NCBI GenBank assembly: GCA_041937175.2
Contig: CP166615.1
Span: forward strand, 992,001 to 1,056,000
Reading direction: 5' to 3'
DNA: 64,000 nt
Source: Limnothrix sp. BL-A-16
GTDB lineage: Bacteria; Cyanobacteriota; Cyanobacteriia; CACIAM-69d
In this document: in pieces, positions 61,480 to 64,000 of the stretch
How positions within the stretch are numbered: the stretch's first letter is position 1
Layout: each line of letters opens with the position of its first letter
Made by a program: the position numbers and the translations under genes
Notes under the pieces: generated by a model
What the model was told of the DNA's origin: nothing
Seen by the model: the letters and a program-made list of their open reading frames with translations, nothing else
Database searches by the model: none

Positions 61480-63012
61480 ATGCAAGTGGTGAAAACTGTG
61501 GCGGCCTTGCGCTGCGCAATGGAATTGTTTCGATCGAGCGCTGCTGGCATCGCGATCGGCTTGGTTCCCACCATGGGGGCCCTGCATGAGGGCCATCGCA
61601 GCCTGATGACCCGGGCCCGATCGCAGTGCGGCCGGGTGGTGGTCAGCATCTTTGTCAATCCGCTGCAATTTGGGCCCCAGGAAGATCTGGAGCGCTATCC
61701 CCGAAATTTGGCGGCAGATTTGGCCCTTTGCGAAGCGGCGGGGGTGGATTTGGTTTTTGTTCCTACGCCTGCGGAATTGGGCGTGGCAGTCGATCGCGCG
61801 GAACTGACCCAAGTGATCCCGCCGGATCGGTTGGCCACTGTGCTCTGTGGCCGATCGCGGCCGGGCCACTTCCAAGGGGTAACCACGATCGTGACCAAGC
61901 TGTTGAATTTGGTGCAGCCTGATTTGGCCTTTTTTGGCCAAAAGGATGCCCAGCAAGTGGCGATTTTGCGGCAGTTGGTGGCGGATTTGAACCTGCCGGT
62001 GGAACTGATTACCTGCCCGATCGTCCGAGAGCGCGATGGCTTGGCCCTCAGTTCCCGTAACCAATATCTGAACGCCACGGAACGGCAGCAGGCCTTGGCC
62101 ATTTTCCAGAGCCTGCAAGGGGCGATCGCCCAATTCCAGGCCGGCGAGCGATCGGCGGCGGCCCTGTTGGAACCGGTGCGATCGACCCTCAGCCAAGCGC
62201 CGGGCCTGAGCCTGGACTATGCCGAGCTGGTGGATCCCGACTCCCTCGCGCCCCTGCAAACCTTAGAGCAGGCGGGCCTGTTGGCGGTGGCGGCCCAGGT
62301 GGGATCGGCGCGCCTGATTGACAACGTGATTCTGCAAACGCGCCGGCCGATTGTGGCCATCGATGGGCCAGCGGGCGCGGGCAAGTCCACCGTGACCCGA
62401 CGGGTGGCCCAGCAATTGGGGCTGCTGTATTTGGATACGGGAGCCATGTATCGATCGGTGGCTTGGTTGGCCCTCGATCGGGGCCTGGATCCCGCCGATC
62501 GCCTGGCCATGGCTGAGCTATCCGCCGATTGCACTATCCGCTTTGGCGAACCGGTCACCCCCGGCGGTGAACAGCGCGTTTGGATCAATGGCCAAGAGGT
62601 GACCAGCTTGATCCGAACTCCGACCGTCACTGCTCAAGTGTCCGTGGTGGCGGCCCATTCGGAGGTGCGGCGGGCCCTGGTGGCCCAACAACGGGCGATC
62701 GGGCGTTGGGGCGGCCTGGTGGCCGAAGGGCGCGACATTGGCACCCATGTTTTTCCCGAGGCGGAGGTGAAAATCTTTTTGACCGCCACCCCCCGAGAGC
62801 GGGCTAAGCGACGGTTACAGGATTGGCGCGATCGGGGCCAATCTGACCTGCCGGATTTGGATAGCCTGGAAGCCGCCATCACCGAGCGCGATTACCAGGA
62901 CAGCAACCGCGCCGTCGCACCCATGGTTAAGGCTATGGATGCTTGGGAGTTGGTCACCGATGGCATGACGATCGAGCAAGTGGTGCAAGCGATTGTGGCG
63001 CGGGTTCCTTAG
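61480..63012 (+). CDS. panC/cmk: bifunctional pantoate-beta-alanine ligase / cytidylate kinase
   Basis: PTMGALHEGH, FGQKD and ALSSRN, then IDGPAGAGKST and EGRDIGT. Confidence 0.97.
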   Translation: MQVVKTVAALRCAMELFRSSAAGIAIGLVPTMGALHEGHRSLMTRARSQCGRVVVSIFVNPLQFGPQEDLERYPRNLAADLALCEAAGVDLVFVPTPAELGVAVDRAELTQVIPPDRLATVLCGRSRPGHFQGVTTIVTKLLNLVQPDLAFFGQKDAQQVAILRQLVADLNLPVELITCPIVRERDGLALSSRNQYLNATERQQALAIFQSLQGAIAQFQAGERSAAALLEPVRSTLSQAPGLSLDYAELVDPDSLAPLQTLEQAGLLAVAAQVGSARLIDNVILQTRRPIVAIDGPAGAGKSTVTRRVAQQLGLLYLDTGAMYRSVAWLALDRGLDPADRLAMAELSADCTIRFGEPVTPGGEQRVWINGQEVTSLIRTPTVTAQVSVVAAHSEVRRALVAQQRAIGRWGGLVAEGRDIGTHVFPEAEVKIFLTATPRERAKRRLQDWRDRGQSDLPDLDSLEAAITERDYQDSNRAVAPMVKAMDAWELVTDGMTIEQVVQAIVARVP

Positions 63013-63117
63013 GGGCTGTCATCCTGGGGGCTGAATTTTGATCCGGGTCGCTGGCGATCATCTCCGGGACGGAGTAGGCGCGATTCCTGGGGTGCAAAAT
63101 TCGATGACAGGCCCTAA
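63009..63117. mobile_element. about 105-bp MITE-like element with 15-bp inverted ends
   Basis: TTAGGGGCTGTCATC ... GATGACAGGCCCTAA (one mismatch); related ends at 42596 and 16335. Confidence 0.7.
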
Positions 63118-63119
63118 TC

Positions 63120-64000
63120 CTAGGCGGCGACGGTGGCCAATGCCTGGGGAGCAGGGGCGATCGAACCGGAGGCGGCACGCTGACCGGGAATCGCCACCAT
63201 AAACTCTGTGCCCCAGGCTGGATCCGTGGTGCAAATCAGTTGGCCACCATGTTTTTCCACCACGATTTGATAGCCGATCGCCAGGCCCAGCCCCGTGCCG
63301 CGGCCCACCGGCTTGGTGGTGAAAAAGGGATCAAACATCCGTTGCTGCACTGCTTCTGGAATCCCAGGGCCATTGTCCCGAATCCGCACCACAAACAAAT
63401 CATCACCCGATCGCGCCTCCGTGGAAATCACAATTTCCGGGTGCGGACATTGGCCCCGCAACGCCGCCTCTTCCAGCGCATCCACCGCATTCACCAGCAA
63501 ATTCACAAACACCTGGCTCATCAAACCCGGGTAACAATCCACGGGCCAAGCATCGTCGTATTGGGTCACCACATGAATTGTGGGCAAGGAGCCATTGCCC
63601 TTTAATCGATGCCCCAAAATCATCAGGGTACTGGCGAGGGCTTCATGCAAATCCACACGACGCATTTCCTGGCCATCCATCCGCGAAAAATTGCGCAAAT
63701 CATGCACAATATTGCGAATTCGCTCTGTGCCTTCGCGCATCGATCGCACCACCTTGGGCAAATCATCCACCAGGAAATCCAGGTTCAGATCATCTTGGTA
63801 GTCCCTAATTGCTTCAGGGGGATGGGGATAGGTTACTTGATACATTTCCAGCAGCGTTAGCAACCCATTCATATATTCCTGAACATAGTCCAAATTGCCA
63901 TAGACAAATGAGGTGGGATTATTGATTTCGTGGGCAATCCCGGCCAACATTTGACCCAAGCTGGACATCTTTTCAGTCTGAATAAGCTGGGCTTCCGTGT
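63120..64000 (-). CDS. sensor histidine kinase, C-terminal part (5' end outside window)
   Basis: QTEKMSSLG, IAHEINNP, FDPFFTTK and GTGLGLA; the frame is open to the window edge. Confidence 0.9.
   Translation of the reverse strand, partial: TEAQLIQTEKMSSLGQMLAGIAHEINNPTSFVYGNLDYVQEYMNGLLTLLEMYQVTYPHPPEAIRDYQDDLNLDFLVDDLPKVVRSMREGTERIRNIVHDLRNFSRMDGQEMRRVDLHEALASTLMILGHRLKGNGSLPTIHVVTQYDDAWPVDCYPGLMSQVFVNLLVNAVDALEEAALRGQCPHPEIVISTEARSGDDLFVVRIRDNGPGIPEAVQQRMFDPFFTTKPVGRGTGLGLAIGYQIVVEKHGGQLICTTDPAWGTEFMVAIPGQRAASGSIAPAPQALATVAA

Overview
This is a chromosomal window from a cyanobacterium. The evidence is dense HIP1 GCGATCGC/CGATCG sites plus petN, petG, cytM, chlP and gifB, and the style suggests a filamentous Limnothrix-like organism (inference). 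Most of it is housekeeping and envelope genes: glgP, apt, murG, smpB, rsmD, panC/cmk, three K+ channel-type genes, three sensor kinases and several membrane glycosyltransferase-like genes. Features missing from the ORF track include tRNA-Thr(UGU), petN, petG, an AtpTheta-like 49-aa protein, a 44-aa membrane peptide, and a glutamine riboswitch with greatly enlarged loops under an NtcA-overlapped promoter. The best candidate for an undescribed system is a translationally coupled gene pair at 17.5-20.0 kb: a restriction-type (HsdR_N-like PD-(D/E)XK) nuclease fused to a ParA ATPase, and a degenerate ParB-like protein with a Rho-N-like tail. Also notable are a transposase-less IS607-like tnpB element with intact catalytic residues, and a modular repeat family in which one REP-like palindrome sits inside two different MITE shells. 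All calls come from reading the sequence by eye; no database searches were run.
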